Positions 60,517 through 64,000 of a DNA stretch of 64,000 nt are shown here, piece after piece (positions within the stretch are counted from its first letter, which is position 1; the number at the start of each line of letters is the position of its first letter). The stretch is from an uncultured delta proteobacterium (GTDB taxonomy: Bacteria > Desulfobacterota > RBG-13-43-22). Position numbers and translations under genes: made by a program. The stretch covers positions 77,797-141,796 of the forward strand of contig CAWDKY010000032.1 in assembly GCA_963802945.1 (NCBI GenBank), read 5' to 3'. Below the pieces are notes generated by a model that worked only from the letters and a program-made list of their open reading frames with translations, was not told the origin of the DNA and made no database searches.

Positions 60517-61395
60517 CTAAACGCTGAACTCAGTCCGGTTAATGATATCGTCCTGTAGGACCTTGGACAGATCGACGAACCGGAAGGAATACCCGGAGAC
60601 TTTCACCATGAGATCCGGAAAATTTTTCGGATTTTTCTGGGCCTCCTTTAAAGTTTCCCGGCTAAAAGGGTTGAATTGTATCTGCCGACCGCCCAGGTCG
60701 AAAAAGCCTTCTATCAATGAGACGAATTTATCCAGTCCCTCATCGATCCGTATGGTCATGGGATTAAGGTTCATGTTGAAACCGCAGCCATCGGACATAT
60801 TCGGCGAACAGACGGAGGCGACAGAGCGCATGGCAGCGGTCATACCGGTTCGCCCTTTTTGTAAATACCCGCCTCTTTCCAGCGGCGGATCATTTCGCTG
60901 CGAATGTCCTTGCCTTTCCAATAGGGTAGGATGTCTTCAGTCAATTCCTTATGCATCTCTTTCGGCATGGTCAGGAGCGATTTTAAGTATTCCGGATTCT
61001 GGCGTCCGATGTCATCCATAAAGGCAATGTCCTCCACATCTTTGCCGTGGAAACGTGTACCGATAGATGTTACAAGACTGACGAGGGATCTTTCTATGCC
61101 GATAGGGCCGGCGACCTTTTTGATGGTTTTTGCCCCGACCAATATTTCCTCATCCTCGATCTTGATGGACATATGACGCAGGGTTTCTTGGAGGCCTATG
61201 GCCGCTCTTAAGCAGGGAGGTTTGCCCTCGGATTGCCTATACGCCCTGGTATAATATCTGGCCCGTTCGATATCCGCTTCATATGGGCTGGACAGCAGAC
61301 CTTCCCTTAACCGGCCTATTCTCTCCGAATAAAGAATTCCCTCTTGTTTAGCCTTCGCTACCTGAGATATTGGCTTGGCTGATCCGGGCTGTCAT
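60517..61395 (-). pseudogene. Second GRE paralog with large internal deletion
   Basis: N-terminus (YSERIGRLRE...DIERARYYT...YKKGEP) joined near 60845 to the C-terminus (GMTAAMRS...MVKVSGYS); both halves align to 58027-60474. Confidence 0.85.
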
Positions 61396-61509
61396 CCTTT
61401 AACCCCCCCTTTATTCGATCACAAATCCAACTGCCTTCTATAAAATATCAGTTGGCTCTTTCATGATTTTCAGTATTTTTTACCTAACGTACTTTTAGGT
61501 TAAAAAAAG

Positions 61510-61538
61510 TTGACTATAAAGTTAAAATACTTTATAGT
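61510..61538 (+). promoter_or_regulatory. Promoter with overlapping inverted-repeat operator
   Basis: TTGACT-17-TATAGT overlapped by ACTATAAAG-N8-CTTTATAGT. Confidence 0.65.
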
Positions 61539-61779
61539 GTTTAAAACAGAATAAATATTTCAACCTATTTGTCAAATAAAATATTTTTCCGGTCTAATCG
61601 GGTTTAATGATATAATTTATTGTATTTTAATAATAATAATATTTTCTTTAACAGGTTTTTCATTATCTAACCTTTAAATCATAGGTATTAATAAATTTTA
61701 CATTATAGTTTCACTTAATAATTAATACTTTATAAATTTAGATTGTGCGGATAAACATTCTTAAGACCGAGGTGGCCTC

Positions 61780-62706
61780 ATGACACGAAGGGAAGGAATG
61801 ACCATTGGAGAATTGGAAAAAGCATCGGGCATCCGGCGTTCCACTATACATCATTATATCTGGTATGGTTTATTGCATCAACCTTTTCGCACCGGACAGA
61901 CCATGGCCTATTATGATCAAAGCCATTTACGAAGGCTGGAAACGATCCAAAAGATTAAAATGGATTACCTGAAGTCGGCGAAAACGTCTCGTGTCCCCCT
62001 GGATTTTATCAAGCATAGAATGACAGAAAGTTACACACTGACCAAAGATAAAGGAACAGCGGAAACAAGGACAAAGAAGATAAACGGCGAACTAGGAAAG
62101 AAGAAAAAGAATGAGATCATCGAGGCTACCCTCCAGTTATATGCCGACAGAGGATATTATCTCACCAATATCAGAGACATTGCCAAGGCGGTCGGCATAT
62201 CGGCCCCCACCTTTTATCATTATTTTCGCGATAAGCGGGAACTGTTTGTCGAAGTGATTGAATATGTCGTCCGGAATTCACAGGAAGAGGCTAGGGCAGC
62301 TTTGGAGGAAGAAAAGGATATCGGCCGGCACGGAAGCATTATGTTTGCTATCTTTTTCAAACACTATCCGAAAATCGGCGAAATCATCAACCAGTTAAGG
62401 GCCGGGGTGGCCATCGGTGACGAATGGGCGAGGGAACGGTTGAAAAAATTGTATGGAGAAATGACGAAAAATGTGGCCAGAGAGATTTCATTAGGGATCA
62501 AAAACGGGTTGATCCGCGATGTGGACCCGGAGCTGCTTGGATTCTTCAACCTTTTGCTGGATGAGATTGTCGTCCATCGGGCTTCATTAGATGATAAATA
62601 CACGCTTAATCAGGTCGGGTTGTTTGTCGCCGATATGCTCTCTCATGCCTTTCTCACAGAAAAAGGGAAAAAGGTAATCGGCACCTCTGAGAGATTTCGC
62701 TCTTAA
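61780..62706 (+). CDS. MerR-HTH/TetR fusion transcriptional regulator
   Basis: N-terminal MTIGELEKASG..STIHHY; internal IAKAVGISAPTFYHYFRDKRELF. Confidence 0.9.
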   Translation: MTRREGMTIGELEKASGIRRSTIHHYIWYGLLHQPFRTGQTMAYYDQSHLRRLETIQKIKMDYLKSAKTSRVPLDFIKHRMTESYTLTKDKGTAETRTKKINGELGKKKKNEIIEATLQLYADRGYYLTNIRDIAKAVGISAPTFYHYFRDKRELFVEVIEYVVRNSQEEARAALEEEKDIGRHGSIMFAIFFKHYPKIGEIINQLRAGVAIGDEWARERLKKLYGEMTKNVAREISLGIKNGLIRDVDPELLGFFNLLLDEIVVHRASLDDKYTLNQVGLFVADMLSHAFLTEKGKKVIGTSERFRS

Positions 62707-62839
62707 ATGAGGTTTTTAATCATAATAAAAACAGTGAGTCAAAAATGATCCCCCTTTTTACAAACTTGACAAAAATAGTTAATCCCGTAGTGGAAGAATT
62801 ATAAGATTTCATAAAAACAAGATACTGCAAGGAGGAGCC

Positions 62840-63833
62840 ATGCCGCCAGATGATGTTTACCAGGAGCTTTCAAAAAAGGTGGGGGTGGAAAACTCACACC
62901 TTCTGCCCGAAATATGGAAAATGCTCTGTTCACCCGAAGAGGCTGCCTTACTGAATGCCCTGCCGGCAACAACGGAAGATCTGGCCGGGCTTCTCGGAAA
63001 AACGACCGAAGAAATCAATCAAATGACCCGGTTGTTGTTCCGGAAGGGTGTTCTTTTTGAAGGCTCAAAGGGATTCCACATGAACAGGAGCATCGTCCAG
63101 TTCCACGACTCGACCACGCTCTGGCCTGAAGCTCCGAAGGAACTGACTGAGAAATGGCGGCAATTTGGTTGAAGAAGAGTATCATGATTATTATGCCTGG
63201 CGGATGTCCTCCAACCGGCCCCCTGTATTCCGCGTCATTCCGATCAACCAAAAGATCGAAATGAAAAGTCAGGTTCTCGCCTATGAAGACGCCGTCAGCA
63301 TCCTTGAAAAAGCATTCATCCTGGCCGTTACCCCATGTCCCTGCCGGACGATGATGCGCAATTGCAATAAGCCGTTGGAAACCTGTCTGCAGATGAACAA
63401 AGGTGCGACCTATGCTATCAAACGAGGAACCCGCCGCCAGATCGATCTTGAAGAGACTAAGGCCGTCCTCTTTAAAGCTGAAGAATCGGGTCTGGTCCAT
63501 ATGACGGGCAACCGAGCAGACATAGGAACGGTCATCTGCAATTGTTGCAATTGTTGCTGTATCTCCTTATCTTTTGAACGGGATGCTATTTCCGGTAGGC
63601 TGCACGGCCAGGTCAATCCCAGCCGCTATCGATCTTTCATCGACGGCGACCTCTGTACGGGTTGCGGCTTGTGTCTAGAGGAATGTCCCCTGCAAAATAA
63701 TATTACTCTGAATAATTTAAATATAGCCGAGGTGGCCGCCTCCTGCGTCGAATGCGGTATCCGCACCCATGTGTGTCCGCAGGACGCCGTTCATCTTAGG
63801 CTTATCCGGACGGAAGATCATATTCCCCCCTGA
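62840..63833 (+). CDS. 4Fe-4S binding protein, frameshift near 63168
   Basis: CPCR, AEESGLVH, ICNCCNCCC, CTGCGLCLEECP, CVECGIRTHVCP. Confidence 0.85.
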
Positions 63834-64000
63834 CGAAACCCTTTTTAGACAAACCCGAGAGAACCGAAAATTGAGGCCAAAAAGAAAGGGCTTTCTTGGA
63901 TTAATTTCTACGCCCGAATTGAAAAAATCTTTACCGATCCATCGGTTAACATTTGTTTCACTTCAAACTCTAATGATTCTGACGGGCCAGGGAGGATCAT

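Noticed and set aside
63165-63172. TGA ending ORF 62840-63172 as a possible Sec codon
   Set aside because: The continuation is in a different frame (F/VEEEY), so it is an indel rather than in-frame readthrough.
1-64000. tRNA (including tRNA-Sec), rRNA or sel genes
   Set aside because: None was recognised in this window, so the Sec machinery needed for the selenoprotein calls cannot be confirmed here.

Overview
Chromosomal window of a probably anaerobic, Desulfobacterota-like bacterium (inferred from gene content and repeat families). Many genes, including proB and obgE, carry single-base frameshifts that look like long-read consensus errors. In order it holds: an acyl-CoA synthetase/Liv-type ABC uptake operon end; an ACP, an IS30 and a KS/CLF-like/acyl-CoA ligase type II FAS/PKS-like unit; a long minus-strand run (rplU-rpmA-obgE-proB-proA-nadD-rsfS-gpmI-M48-M28-SDR-GT4-GNAT-YajD-ABC-F); an accessory region with a RAYT transposase and an array of ~55-65 bp repeats separating cargo genes; an IS110-family element; a MarR/cupin/permease unit; a TolC-MFP-ABC efflux operon bracketed by a 176-bp direct repeat; and a ~21-kb catabolic region (two AbfD/HpaB-family paralogs, esterase, ADH, MFS, two CoA ligases, an unassigned glycyl radical enzyme with activase, a deleted GRE paralog, a MerR-TetR regulator). 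The main signals missed by the ORF track are: three candidate selenoproteins with in-frame UGA and SECIS-like hairpins (M28 peptidase, FmdB-type zinc ribbon, an uncalled 50-aa membrane protein); promoter-like RAYT-associated repeats bracketing cargo; and IS110 ends that rebuild a junction promoter.
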